DNA of 64,000 nt from an uncultured bacterium (GCA_963749495.1 CAVVMW010000004.1:576001-640000); one strand, 5' to 3'. Shown: positions 50,385 to 62,781, counted from the first letter of the stretch. The notes: generated by a model from the sequence alone, not told the origin. Translations and numbers: made by a program.

Positions 50385-51219
50385 ATGCGCGCCTACGACC
50401 TTGCCATCCAGAATTTCTCGGTCGCCGAGCACCTGCTCCAACTTCACGAACTCTTTCGCGAACTGCATGAGGAAGAGGCAGACAAATCTCTCCGCCTGGC
50501 AGTCTGCCGGTGCCTGGCCCTTCCCGAACAAACCGCCCTTCGCCATGCCCGAAACGACCAACTCGTCCTGGTCGCCAAGGCCACGGCGCCCATCCCGCAC
50601 AGCCTGTTGCTGCCCGACGGCATCAATTTCCTTTTACGCCAGGCGGTCGTCGTTGCCTGCACCGCCCTCGAATCTTTCTTCTGGGACGCTCTCCGGGAAA
50701 ATGTCCTCACCATCGTCCGCGCTCGCAGGCGTGGGGCCGATGAATCCATTCGCAAGCTCACGCTGACTCTGGACGACTACCTTTCCCTGGAAGGCTACGC
50801 CGACCCGGAGGTCCGCCTACAGCAGATCATCCTCAAGAATTTCGAGCGTGGGACCCTCTACGATGCTTCCTCCATCGAACGCATCGCCACTACCCTCACC
50901 GTGAAGGATTTCTGGAAGCTGGTTGCCAAGAAGTGCGGCTCACCCGATAACGATCTCAAGCGCCACATCGGCGAGCTTATCAACCGCCGAAACCAGGTTG
51001 CGCACCGGGCGGACCGCCCAGACGAGCAGGCCAATCCGCCGGAGGAACCGGACAAGCATGGCCTGCGCGCCATCACCTACTCCTGGGTCAATACCCGGGT
51101 GGCCACCGCCCGAAGCGTCGTGTCAGCCAGTGACGATATTTTCAGGGCTACACTCGATCAGCTCAGCGCTCAACTGAAACAGGAGGAGGAGCAGAAGCTG
51201 GCGCGAAAGACGATGCGTA
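50385..51219 (+). CDS. HEPN-domain putative RNase, 3' end interrupted by IS630
   Basis: RQAVV....ALESF; RRNQVAH. Confidence 0.75.
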
Positions 51220-52307
51220 CTACTCCGTCATTGGGATTGACTACAGACTTCTAGTGTGCTAAGCTTCCGGCGCAATGAAAATCGATGGCCGGACATTGGA
51301 CCACAAGACCCTTGAGCATTTGCGAATCAGCGCCTGCAAGCGGGTGCTAGAGGATGGGGAGGTGCCTTCCGTGGTGGCGGCTTCCCTGGGCTTTTGCCGC
51401 ACTAGCATCTATCCGTGGCTCCGACGTGTGTGGGACGAGGGATGGGAAGCCTTGGCCGAGAAGATCGCTGAGGGCCCGGATCCGAAGCTCAGCGAGGAGC
51501 AACGCCAGAGAGTCAAGCGGTGGATCGTCGGCAAGGACCCCCGCCAGTACGGCTTTGATTTTGGTCTGTGGACCCGCCGCATCGTCCAAACGATGATTCA
51601 GAAGAAATTCAAGGTCGAACTGTGCCTCACATCGGCGGGTAAGTTGTTGGCGCAGTTAGACTTGACACCGCACAAGCCATTGCGGCGGGCTTATGAACGG
51701 GACCCGGTGCGGATCGAACTATGGACGAAGGAGGAATTCCCGAAACTTAAGAAACGAGCCCGTAAACACGGGGCGAAGATCTACTTTCTTGATGAGACGG
51801 GATTTACTTCGGAACCCAACCTGCGGCGGACCTATGGGTTGAAGGGCGGCAGAGCGGTGGTCGAGACCAGTGGCCAACGGCAAAAGGTCAATGTGATCAG
51901 CGCCGTGAGTATGCAGGGTGCCTTTTGGTGCCAGGTTTACACTCACACGCTGAAGCAAGGGGACTTTATCACGCTCCTGAAGGACTTTATGCGTGGCCAA
52001 CGAGCAAAGGTATTCCTGGTGCTGGATAGCCATCCGGCTCACATAGCCAATTCGGTCAAAGAGTATCTCCGGAGCACTAAAGGGCGGCTTGAGCTACATT
52101 TTCTGCCCCCTTACGCGCCCGATCTTAATCCCGATGAGTTCGTCTGGAACTACTTGAAGGGCAACGGCGTAGCCAAGAAGCCGCTCCTCCGGAACGAATC
52201 GCTCAAGGAGCGAGTGGAGGCCGATCTAGCCAAGCTCAAGAAAGACCGGGGGTTGCTGTGCTCTTTTTTTAAGGCCGAAAGTGTAGTCTATGTCAATGAC
52301 TGAGTAG
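51220..52307 (+). mobile_element. IS630 family element; transposase 51275-52303
   Basis: FLDETG, VLDSHPAH, LPPYAPDLNPDE; IRs CTACTCmGTCATTG..GACTACA; flanking TA. Confidence 0.93.
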
Positions 52308-52309
52308 TA

Positions 52310-53607
52310 AGCTGATCACGGGAGACAACGGACTTGGCAAAACATTCTTGCTGGACGCTTGCTGGTATGCGCTGACGCGAACCTGGGCGGACGGCAAACA
52401 GTTTTACCCTTTGCCGGAAGCACCCAAGAAGCCGTTACCGGCGATTGAGTATGCGATCATAGGCAAGAACGGCAAGGAGGCCAGAAATACGGCGGAATAC
52501 CAATATCGTGATCAGTCGTGGGGGAGAAAACCAGCCCGCCCGCCAATGCCGGGTCTGGTAATCTACGCCCGCATCGACGGCGGGTTTTCGGTCTGGGATC
52601 CAGCGCGAAACTATTGGCGTGACGAGGAAACCGGGCATGAGACGGAACGACCGGACGCCTACCAATTCACGAAGGATGAGGTCTGGGACGGACTTGAGCC
52701 CGGTGAAGGGAAGCAGAAGAAGATCATTTGCAACGGTCTTCTTCGTGACGTGGAGAGCTGGCGTGCCCATGGCATGGGCGCATTCGCTCTCCTGGGCGGC
52801 GTTCTCGAAGGGCTCTCCGCAGGAGAGTCTGAACCGCTCAAGCTCGGCGAGGGCGTGCGGGTGCGCCTGGATGACGTGCGTGACATCCCCACGCTCAAGA
52901 TGCCGTATGGGCTTGTGCCTGTAACCCAGGCCGCTGGCGGTATGCGCAGAGTCCTGGGGCTCGCCTACTTGCTCGTGTGGGCCTGGGAAGAGCACGTTCG
53001 CGCGGCTAAGCTCCAGAAAGATGAGCCAACCAACCGCATGGTGGTGCTGTTCGACGAGGTCGAAGCCCACCTTCATCCAAAGTGGCAGAGGGTATTCCTT
53101 CCCGCCCTCATGAAGGTTGTCGATGGCCTCTTGGTGAAGGGGCAAGTTGAAGCGAATACGAACGATGCACGCAAGACTCTTGACCAAAAGGCCGATTTTG
53201 TGCTCACGAGAATTCCAAGGTCGTTCCAGATCATCGCCACCACCCACGCGCCTTTGGTGTTGGCCTCAGCGGAACCCGAATGGCTCGGCACATCGGACAA
53301 GCTCTTCGACTTCAGCCTTGACCGAAACCGCCGGGTGCATCTTGATGAGATCCCCTTCGCCAAACATGGTAACATTGTCAACTGGCTGGATTCGGAGTCA
53401 TTTGATTCCACACCGGCATACTCTGTTCCCGCCAAGCAGGCAATCGACCGGGCCGACAACCTCATGCGCCAGCACCCTGACCCGCTGACCGCACCAGCCG
53501 AAGCCAAGGAGGCAATTAACCGTGACTTAAGAAGTGCCTTGGGGGGGGACGATGAATACTGGCCACTTTGGCTGGCCTATTACGAACATGGAAGGGGGAA
53601 CACATGA
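52310..53607 (+). CDS. ABC/AAA_21 ATPase (Septu PtuA-like), native N-terminus missing
   Basis: LITGDNGLGKT directly after the IS end; FDEVEAHLHPKWQR; TTHAP. Confidence 0.8.
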
Positions 53608-54194
53608 TTCCTGTTCGGAGACCGCCTAAACCAAGAGACTTCAATCGTGATTGCCGCACGCCGGGCAATCAGTGGCTTGCGGCTAACCCAGGCTCCAATG
53701 CATTCCCAGACTACTGGACCAAATTTCAACCAGACCTCGAGAAGGCTTTCGCTTGTCGCTGTGGCTGGTGGGCGGTGAGGATCGCAGATGGTGAGGTGGA
53801 CCATTACTTGAGCAAAAAGAACCACCGGCGCTTGGCCTACGAATGGTCCAACTATCGTTACATTGCGGGCAGCGTAAACTCCTCGAAAGGGAATCACGAT
53901 GATGCACTGCTCGATCCATTTGAGGTCTAGGCCGGCTGGTTCGAGGTGATTCTGCCTTCGATGCTGCTCCTTCGGACCGCCCAGGTGCCAGCTCACCTTC
54001 AAGCAAAGGCGGACTTCACGGTCGAGCAGCTCAAGCTGAAGAAGGGGCCTAAGATCCGGAAAATCCGCAAGAGATACTACGAAGAGCACAAGTTCAAAGG
54101 GCTCCGGATGAATCTGCTACATGACTACGCTCCTTTGGTCGCTCTCCCAGTCGAGAAATGGCAAAGGGATCACCCCGGCACTCCTCTCCCATGA
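53604..54194 (+). pseudogene. HNH nuclease (PtuB-like) with in-frame TAG at 53928-53930
   Basis: VDHY.SK...LAYEWSNY.....VNSSKG; LLDPFEV*AGWFEVILPS continues in frame. Confidence 0.75.
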
Positions 54195-54294
54195 AAAACA
54201 CGTGGCAAAGCCTTCGGTCTCTCGGCCGCGTTGTCCCAGTCTTCCCCTGTCTGTTCCCCCGCATCCGTGCCATCCGGGTAATCCATGGTTAAAT

Positions 54295-56892
54295 ATGGGC
54301 AAACTCTCTGACAGAATCCGCGAAATGCTCGCCCGCCAGGTGAAGCAGCGCGGCATTGTCGTGTGGTATGACCCAGACAAGGCTTATGCCAACCTGGCGC
54401 AGAGTCTTGGCCTGTCGGAAACCACCGTGCTGATCTACACAGACGGCTTCTTCCGCCTCCGACATGAGCTTGAGCCGCACCTTGAGTTCGTCACGCCCGA
54501 GGGCAAACCCGGCGACGGCTGCGGCGTGCCCCCTAACGTTGTGGTTTATGTGCCGATGGAACGGGCGCAAACGGCGCATGCGCTCGTCGAGGCCGAGACC
54601 GCCGGCGTGGTGGTTGAACCGGGTGCCGCAGTGCCCGAATGCAACAGCCGCCTGCGGGCCCAGGCCGAGGCGTTCTTCCTCGAAGTCGCCCCCGAGAAAG
54701 CTGCTCACCTTGCCCGCCAGGTGGACGAAGGGCTCCTCACGCTCGAAGACATCGACCGCATCGCCAACGAGGTCGGCAGCATCACCTCCGGGGCCCTCAA
54801 ACTGGTCTTTGGCGCGGCATCGCCCCTCGAACTCATCATCGAGTTCGCCTCCGGGGATGCCAAAGACGCCAAGCTCACTGAAAAGAATGCGCTCGGCGAG
54901 CTTCGGTCCCTGGTCCAGTCCGAATTGGGCCTGGACTTCGGGGACGTCGACAGTCCGGCCGGGGCTCGCCAGACGCTCCGCCGGCTCATTCTCCTGGCCG
55001 AGCTTGCTGGGGCCCTCCCGGAGGCGGGCCGGCCCGCCCCGCTAAAGACCGTGGCGGTGCCCGAAAAGCCCGTCCAACTGGACGCCCTGCGTCATCTTTG
55101 CGCGACCTGGCGCAATCGCGTGGATATGCGCGAAGGATATGTAGATGCCACCATCAGACTGGAAGCGGCCGCCGCTATCAGCCAGATGGATTTTCAGCCC
55201 CAGGACCTGGAGGCGGTCGAGACGTTTCCATGCCTCGAAAGCCGGATGCTGCTGGACGCCGAGAGGCAACTGCTCGAGGGCAGTGCAGAGCCGGTTCTCG
55301 CTCTGGCGGCCAGGCGAAAGGGGTCGTTCTGGAGCCGCGAGCAGCCCCCTGTTTCGCTCCGCTGGTCCGCCCTGGAGCTGGCCGCGCGGCTGGTTCAAAC
55401 GGCCTCGGCGATTCGGGAGAGTCTCAAGCGCCTCGCCCCGACCGCCGCCGAGATGATCCGGGCCTACACCCAGTTCTCCGACCCGTGGATGATGGTGGAC
55501 CGGTTCCACCGCCATTGGGAAAGCCGGTTGCTCAACATTGACCCAGGCGAGTGCGGCGGCGAGGCCGATTTCGAGAAGCTCGTCGCCAGGGTCCGCCACG
55601 ATTACGCCTCGTTGATGGACGAGCTGAGCCGCGCCTTCGTGTCCAAGCTGGAGGGGTCCGGCTTTGAGATCAGCGGCGGTTTGCGCCAGAGCCACGTCTA
55701 TGCCGATCGGGTGGCGCTGGCCCTCGATGAGGGCCGCAAGACGGTTTACCTCATGGTGGACGCCCTGCGCTACGAGATGGGGGCTGAGCTTCTGGACGGC
55801 CTGGGCGATGATTTCGAGATCAGCCTGGAGCCGGGCACCGGTTGCCTCCCATCCACCACCCCGGTCGGGATGGCCGCCTTCCTTCCCGGCGCTGAGAAGG
55901 GGCTCGAATTGTCTGGAGCTGCCGGCAAGCTGGCTATCACCGTCGAGGGACAGGCCCTGAGGGACCGCCAGGGCCGCATGGCCTATTTCGCTGAGAGGGT
56001 TTCCAACGGCTTGGTCGTTCTCAAGCTGGCCGAAGTCCTCAAGCTCGGGTCCAAGCGCAAGAAGGAGCTGGCCCAGGCCAGGCTGATAGTCGTGACGTCA
56101 CAGGAGATTGACCGCCTGGGCGAGGACGGCGACGACCAGGCGGATGCGCGCCGTTGGATGGACGAGATGCTTGAGCGCCTCCGGCAGGCCATCCGGATTC
56201 TCGCCCGCCTGGGTTGGGAGCGCTTCGTCATTACGGCCGACCACGGCTACCTCTTCGCCGAGCAGCTTGATCCTGGCATGATGATGGACCCTCCCGGTGG
56301 AAGCACCGTCGAGTTGCACCCGCGTGTCTGGGTCGGCAAAGGCGGTCAGGCCGCCGAGGGCTACGTGCGCGTGGCGGCCAGCCAACTCGAATTGGGAGGC
56401 GATTTGGAGCTCGCCTTCCCACGCAGCCATGCCTGCTTCAAGGTGAGGGGCCGGGCCGGCGGCTATTTCCACGGTGGCATTTCCTTGCAGGAGATGATCA
56501 TCCCGGTCGCCGTCCTCCGCAGCAGGGCGGCTAAACCCGCGGGCACCGGTGGGGCCAGGATCACGCTGGAATTCTCCAAACTGGCCGTCACCAACCGTTT
56601 CTTCTCGGTGGTGGCGACGCTGAAGGAGGAAGGGTTGTTTTCCCCGGAGGAAGTCCGGGTGCGCGCGGCAGTCGTCTCCGTGAAGACGGAGGCCGGCTTC
56701 TGCGCCATGGCAGCCTACGGCTATGAAGAAGGCACGCGGGAGATCACTCTCAAAAAGAACCAGCCCAACGCGCTCACCATCATGCTGGCCGGCGATGGAA
56801 GTCTCGACAAGGTGACCGTGCGCTTGTTTGACTGCCATACTCAATTGGAACTGGCTGCACTCGCCGACCTGCCGGTGAAACTTACGATTTAG
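54295..56892 (+). CDS. pglZ: BREX PglZ alkaline-phosphatase-domain protein
   Basis: VVWYDP, VDALRYE, LPSTT..GMA, TADHG, FHGGISLQE. Confidence 0.92.
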   Translation: MGKLSDRIREMLARQVKQRGIVVWYDPDKAYANLAQSLGLSETTVLIYTDGFFRLRHELEPHLEFVTPEGKPGDGCGVPPNVVVYVPMERAQTAHALVEAETAGVVVEPGAAVPECNSRLRAQAEAFFLEVAPEKAAHLARQVDEGLLTLEDIDRIANEVGSITSGALKLVFGAASPLELIIEFASGDAKDAKLTEKNALGELRSLVQSELGLDFGDVDSPAGARQTLRRLILLAELAGALPEAGRPAPLKTVAVPEKPVQLDALRHLCATWRNRVDMREGYVDATIRLEAAAAISQMDFQPQDLEAVETFPCLESRMLLDAERQLLEGSAEPVLALAARRKGSFWSREQPPVSLRWSALELAARLVQTASAIRESLKRLAPTAAEMIRAYTQFSDPWMMVDRFHRHWESRLLNIDPGECGGEADFEKLVARVRHDYASLMDELSRAFVSKLEGSGFEISGGLRQSHVYADRVALALDEGRKTVYLMVDALRYEMGAELLDGLGDDFEISLEPGTGCLPSTTPVGMAAFLPGAEKGLELSGAAGKLAITVEGQALRDRQGRMAYFAERVSNGLVVLKLAEVLKLGSKRKKELAQARLIVVTSQEIDRLGEDGDDQADARRWMDEMLERLRQAIRILARLGWERFVITADHGYLFAEQLDPGMMMDPPGGSTVELHPRVWVGKGGQAAEGYVRVAASQLELGGDLELAFPRSHACFKVRGRAGGYFHGGISLQEMIIPVAVLRSRAAKPAGTGGARITLEFSKLAVTNRFFSVVATLKEEGLFSPEEVRVRAAVVSVKTEAGFCAMAAYGYEEGTREITLKKNQPNALTIMLAGDGSLDKVTVRLFDCHTQLELAALADLPVKLTI

Positions 56893-56894
56893 CC

Positions 56895-58924
56895 ATGAAC
56901 GACGCACTCGACTTGAAAACTGCGGAGGTCTTCGCGGGCAAGGTTGTCCGCAAAGACCTGGTGCGAAAAATCAAAGTCGGCGCCAATGTGCCCGTGTTCG
57001 TCCTGGAATACCTGCTCGGCAAGTATTGCGCCACGGATGACCCGGCCGCCATTGACGCCGGACTGCGGGTCGTAAACAGCACGCTCGCGGACAATTTCGT
57101 CCGGGCCGAGGAGGCCAACAAGGCGCAGGCCCTGGTCAAGGAAAAGGAGCGGCACACCTTCATCGACAAGGTCAAGGTCCGCTACGTCGCCGAGGATGAC
57201 AAATACTGGGCCGAGTGCGTCAACTTCGGCTACAAGTATCTCCATGTCCCGGACCGATACGCCCGCGATTTCGACCGGCTCCTGATGGGGGGCGTTTGGG
57301 CGCAAGTTGAGATTCGCCACCAGTATGATGAGGAGGCGCGCGGCACCCGCAGCCCGTTTTGGATCGAAAACCTCACCCCCATTCAACTGGCCAACTTCAA
57401 CCTTGAGGACTACCGGCAGGGACGCGCCCGTTTCACGTCAGAGGAATGGGTGGATTTCCTGGTTCGGAGCATCGGCCTGGAGCCGACGCAGTTCGACCGC
57501 CGGCTCAAGCTGCTCCTCCTGGCCCGGCTCATTCCCCTGTGCGAAAGCAACTTCAACCTGGTCGAACTCGGCCCAGGGGCACCGGCAAGTCCTACGGCTA
57601 CCAGGAACTCAGCCCCTACGCCATCCTGATGACCGGGCCGACCACCGTGGCCAACCTCTTCTACAACATGGCGTCCGGGAAGATCGGCCTGGTCGGGCTG
57701 TGGGATGCCGTCGGCTTCGATGAAGTCGCCGACCTCCAGAAAATGCCCAAGGAGGTCGTCACCACGCTCAAGACCTACTGCGAATCCGGCACGTTTGCCC
57801 GCGGCAAGGAATCCCTGACAGGCAAGGCGTCCATTGCCCTGTTCGGCAACACCAACCAGGCCGTGGAGGTCATGGTCAAGTCCTCCCACCTGTTCGTGCC
57901 CATGCCGGACGTCATCCGCGACGACCTGGCCTTCCTTGACCGCATCCACTACTACATTCCCGGCTGGGAAGTGCCCAAGATGCGGATGGAGTATTTCACG
58001 GACCATTACGGCTTCGTTGTGGATTACCTCGCGGAGGCGTTGCGGGAACTGCGGCGCCACAACTTCACCGAGGTCATCGACCAGCACTTCTCCATAGGCG
58101 AGCACTTGAACGCCCGTGACGTGAAAGCCGTTCGCAAGGCCGTCTCCGGCCTGATCAAGCTCATCTATCCCGATGGCCGTCTGGAGAAAGAAGAACTCGC
58201 CGAACTGCTTACCCTGGCCCTGGAGGGCCGTCGGCGGGTCAAGGAACAGCTCAAGAAAATCGGCGCCTTCGAGTATCACCAGACTTCGTTCTCCTACCGG
58301 GACAAGGAAACAACCGAAGAAAAATACGTCGGCGTGCCCGAGGAGGGGGGACGCGCCCTCATTTCCACCGACCCGCTCGCCCCGGGGTGCCTTTACGCGG
58401 CCTCGGTCAATGCCGAAGGGAAGGTTGGCCTCTACCGCATCGAAGTCGGGCTCTCCGCCGGCACGGGCAAGCTCAAGCTGGCGGGCGGCCTGGAAAGCCG
58501 CATGAAAGAATCCGCCCAGCGCGCCTTTGGTTTCCTCCAGGGCCATAAAGTCCCGATGGGGATCGCGAGCATTTTCGACACCACCGATTTCCATGTCGAG
58601 GCCATCGACCTGCTCGGCAACCAAATCACCTGCGAAGCCGGCATTGCCCTGATCGTCGCCATTTTCTCCGCCATCAAGAAGTCCCCGCCCATGGCCGGGC
58701 TCATCGTCCTCGGCGACCTCAGCATCCAGGGCAACATTAAAGCTGTTCAGTCCCTGGTCGAACCGCTGCAAATTGCCATGGAAAACGGCGCCCGCCGGGC
58801 CTTGATCCCGCTGGAAAACAAACGCAATTTCCTCGAAGTCTCCGGCGAAATCATGGAGAAAGTGGACCCCATCTTCTACTCCGACCCGCAGACCGCGGCC
58901 ATGAAGGCGCTGGCGCTGAAATAG
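56895..58924 (+). CDS. brxL: BREX Lon-related protein BrxL, frameshift near 57578
   Basis: GKVVRKDL..NVPVFVLEYLLGKYC; ELGP-RGTGKS; DEVA; AFLDRIH.YIPGWE. Confidence 0.9.
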
Positions 58925-58962
58925 CCCACCAACAACTGAACTGAACCACCGCGAACGGCACT

Positions 58963-60516
58963 ATGTTTCTCACCGACCACGAAACTGCGACTGACCTCCT
59001 ATATTGCGAGGCTATCTCGAAAACTGTCGTGCGCCTGATCCAAGAGGCTGGACCTCAGCCGCTGTCCATGGGGATCCATGGCGACTGGGGTGCCGGAAAA
59101 TCGAGCCTCCTCCTCATGATTGAAGCAGCGCTTGAGAAGGGAAAGGGCATCGCCTGTGTGCGCTCCGATAGCTGGCAATTCCAGGGTTTTCAAGACGCAA
59201 AAACCGTCCTGATAGAGCAAATCCTAACCGCTTTGGAAAAGCGGGTCACTGGCATACCGAAAGCCAAGAAACTCTTACTCGACATTTTGCGTCGAGTAAG
59301 GGTTCTCAAAATCGCTCGCGCAGTCGCCGGTCTGATTATTACTGCCAAGATGGGAATCCCCGTAAGCTCGATTTCGGAACTCGGGGAAGCGCTAACGGAC
59401 CGAGCGGTCGAAAAGCCAGTCGAGGCCGTAAAGGGCGTGGAGTCCTTGGGACAATGTGTTTCGGAACCCGAGGTCAAGACTCTTCCCAAGGAAATGGAAG
59501 GATTCCGAGAGGAATTTGCTGAGTTGCTCAAGGAGGCGGGCATTACCCGATTGGTTGTGTTGCTGGATGATTTGGACAGATGCCTTCCAGCTACAGCAAT
59601 TGAGACACTCGAGGCCATCAAGCTTTTCCTCTTTGTGCCGGGAGCCGTCTTTGTTATCGCAGCGGATGAGGGGATGATCGAATACGCAGTGAGAAAGCAC
59701 TTCCCGGAATTGCCGACGACAGCGAGCGCATCTTCTTACGCTCGCAACTACCTGGAGAAGCTCGTTCAAGTGCCGTTTCGCATTCCTGCTATGGGCCTGG
59801 CAGAGACACGGGTGTATATCGCCCTGCTGATGCTGGAAGCGAAACTGACCGCGGGGAACCCTGTCTTTAAGGTGGTGCGCGACGTAGCGCGGGAAGCGTT
59901 GCGTAAACCGTGGGAACGGGAGGTCTTCGACCGGGCACATTTGCGGGATAAATTAGGCAACAGCACCTGGCCAGGACCGTTGGAAGAGGCCCTCATACTC
60001 AGCGATCAGCTCGCCCCGATGCTCGCCGACCAGACCAAGGGCAATCCGCGCCAGGTGAAGCGCTTTCTCAACGCGCTGCTCCTCCGTCAGAGCATAGCGG
60101 CGGCTCGCGGCTTGCACGATGACATCAAGACAACTGCCCTAGCTAAGGTGATGCTTGCCGAACGGTTCTTGCCCGATTTGTATGAACAGCTTGCCGTCGA
60201 AGCCGCCAACTCCGCTAATGGCACTGCGCCGATGCTGTTGGAGTTGGAGAAGAGGGAGGAGGCGGCGAGCTTGAAGGAGAAAGCCAAGCCACCGCCAGCA
60301 GAAGCGGCCAAAAAGGCAGATGGAGCGAAGGCATGGGGCTTGCTTGAGCCAGCTCTGGCAAACGAGGACCTCCGTCCTTACATTCTCGTCACGCGCGATC
60401 AACGAAACCCGTTCAGCGTGTTGACGAGCAGACACGCGGAGTTGATTTCTCGGCTTCTTGGGCCTCGTTTGGCTGTTTCCGGCGCAGTTGCCGAAGTGAA
60501 CCCCTCAGTTGCATAA
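58963..60516 (+). pseudogene. qatA: QatA-like KAP P-loop NTPase, truncated by IS1380
   Basis: HGDWGAGKSS, LDDLDRCLP, YLEKLVQVPF, GNPRQVKRFLN; DLRPY. Confidence 0.8.
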
Positions 60517-60727
60517 AAATGTAGTTGTTTAACCGCCCTGGCCTCTCGAAAGCGGCCTCCTGCGCGGCTGCAAGCCATCTACTGAGCGCCGCTTCTCTGG
60601 CGAAGCAGAAGCCACTAAAAGTGGGGTTTGCCAAACGCCATTTCGCCCTTCTGCCGGTTACAAAAAAAATGCAAAAAAATGCGATTCGGGGCTTGACATT
60701 TCCGATAGCCTATATTATGTATCGGAT

Positions 60728-61099
60728 ATGAAGAAAACGATCTCTATCCCGCAAATCGAAGCTCGTATCCAACACATCAAAACCCAACTCGCCGCCTTGG
60801 GCGATATGCGTCCCGGAAGCCTTTCCCGGCAGTATAACGTCTGCGGCAAGCCGGGCTGCCGTTGTAAGGACCCCGAAAAACCCCGACGCCACGGCCCCTA
60901 TTACCAACTGAGTTGGGTGCATCGCCGCAAGAGCACCAGCCAGTTCATCCGCCCCGGCTTTGTCGCTCAGGTCAAGGCCCAACTGGCCACTTATAGAACC
61001 TCTCGCAAGCTGACGGCACAATGGGTCGAGTTAGCCCTCCAGGCAGCCCAACTGAGGCTCCAAGCCGCCAGAGACACCGCCACGCTCCAACCCAAGTGA
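60728..61099 (+). CDS. DUF6788-like IS-associated zinc-finger protein
   Basis: GSLS....CGKPGCRC......HGPY. Confidence 0.75.
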   Translation: MKKTISIPQIEARIQHIKTQLAALGDMRPGSLSRQYNVCGKPGCRCKDPEKPRRHGPYYQLSWVHRRKSTSQFIRPGFVAQVKAQLATYRTSRKLTAQWVELALQAAQLRLQAARDTATLQPK

Positions 61100-61142
61100 G
61101 CCTCCACCCGCCCCCCCTCCTTTCACCTCAAACCCTTCTCCC

Positions 61143-62550
61143 ATGAGACTTAGCCAGCAGCAAATCTATACGAGAGCCTCCTCGATGCCGCAGGTGCAAT
61201 TCCAGGAACAACAACTGACCAGCTTCGGCGGTTTGCTCATCTTCCAGCAACTCTTCGGCAAAATCCAACTCAAGGAGCGCTTGCACCAGTGCTCGGCCCA
61301 TCTGGCCTGCCTGCCGGCAGGCAGGCCGGCAAGACCCTCTATCAGCCGCACGTGGTTGTGCTCTGGCTCATCGTGCACCTGCTCCTGGGCTTTCGCAAGC
61401 TGCGCGACATCCAATTCTATAAAGAGGACCCGCTGGTGCGGCGCGTGCTGGGTCTCAAGGCGCTCCCGGACGTTTCGACCCTCAGCCGCATTCTGGCCGA
61501 CTTCGATGAACCGGCGGTGGCCGCCCACCAGGGGTTGAATCGCCAGCAGGTCCTGGGACGACTGGCACAGGAGGGGCTCGCGCGCGTGACCTTGGACTTC
61601 GACGGCAGCGTCCTGTGGGCCAGCAAACACGCCGAAGGAACCGCAGTGGGCTTCAACAAGCAGAAGAAGGGCGCCCGGAGCTACTACCCCCTCTTCTGCA
61701 CCGTGGCGCAGACGGCGCAAGTCCTGGACGTGTTGCACCGCTCGGGCAACGTGCACGACTCCAATGGAGCCGTAGAGTTTGTGCGCCAATGTGTGGGGCG
61801 CCTGCGCCAAGCCCTGCCCGGAGTCCAGATCGAGGTCCGGATGGATAGCGCCTTTTTCAGTGATGAGATGGTTGGGGCGCTGGAGCAACTCGACGTGGAA
61901 TTCACCGTGTCGGTCCCCTTCGAGCGTTTTGTGGAGCTCAAGGCTCTGATCCAGGACCGGCGCGTGTGGTGGCCGGCCACGGTGGACGGTAGACTGCGGT
62001 ATTTCCTCAAGCTCTGGAAGCCCAAGTGCTGGGAAACGCCCCGCCGGTTCATCTTCATTCGCCAGGAGAGCACCGTGCAACAGAAGGGTCCCATCCAGTT
62101 AGACATCTTCGAACCCCACCAGACGGGATTTGAATTCAAGGTGATCGTGACCAACAAGACCGGGCCTGCCTGCCGGCAGGCAGGCTGGCCCTGAACGTCG
62201 TCCGCTTCCATGAGGGCCGAGGGCAGCAGGAGAAGCTCTTGGGCGAACTCAAAGACCAAGCCCAGATGGATTACTTGCCGGGTCGCAAATGGGTGACCAA
62301 CAAGATGTACCTGCTCTGCGCCGTGCTGGCCCACAACCTGGGCCGGGAGTTACAGAGGGACGCCCGCGCCCCGGAACGCGCCACCACCCACAAGCGCAGT
62401 GCCTTGTGGATCTTTGAGGGCTTGGAGATGATGCGGCGCAAGTTCATCCAACGGGCGGGACGACTCACCCGGACCAATGGCCGCCTGACCCTGACGTTGA
62501 CCGCCAACAAAGTGGTGGAACAGACCTTCCGCAGCTACCTCCAGGCGTAG
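61143..62550 (+). pseudogene. IS1380 transposase broken by two 20-bp palindrome insertions
   Basis: LTSFGG, LDFDGS, RMDSAF, E....ELK, AHNL; frame restored by deleting 61306-61325 and 62165-62184. Confidence 0.88.
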
Positions 62551-62781
62551 CCACCCAGCTTTCTTAAGCCTACAGACCCGGCTGCAACGCTAAAGTGCGT
62601 GCCGGAGTAGCCTTCCTTCTCCTCCCCAATTCCTTCCACTGGTCGTTCCTCGCCGTGGTTGCGCTCTGCGGCTGCCCGCTCGCCGCTCGCGCTTGCCGAG
62701 GCACAGGCCACGCGAGCCACCGCAGTCCTAAAGAATGCTCCCATTGGTCGCAAAAAGGGCCATTTTTATGCAACGTTAGGG

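Larger units (their letters stand above)
60501..62781 (+). mobile_element. IS1380 family element carrying a DUF6788-like ORF and a disrupted transposase
   Basis: IRs CCCT..GTTGCATAAAAATG at both ends; no TSD. Confidence 0.85.

Noticed and set aside
54261..54292. ATCCGTG-type 9-mer repeats (also near 9627)
   Set aside because: Short, degenerate intergenic repeats with no further structure
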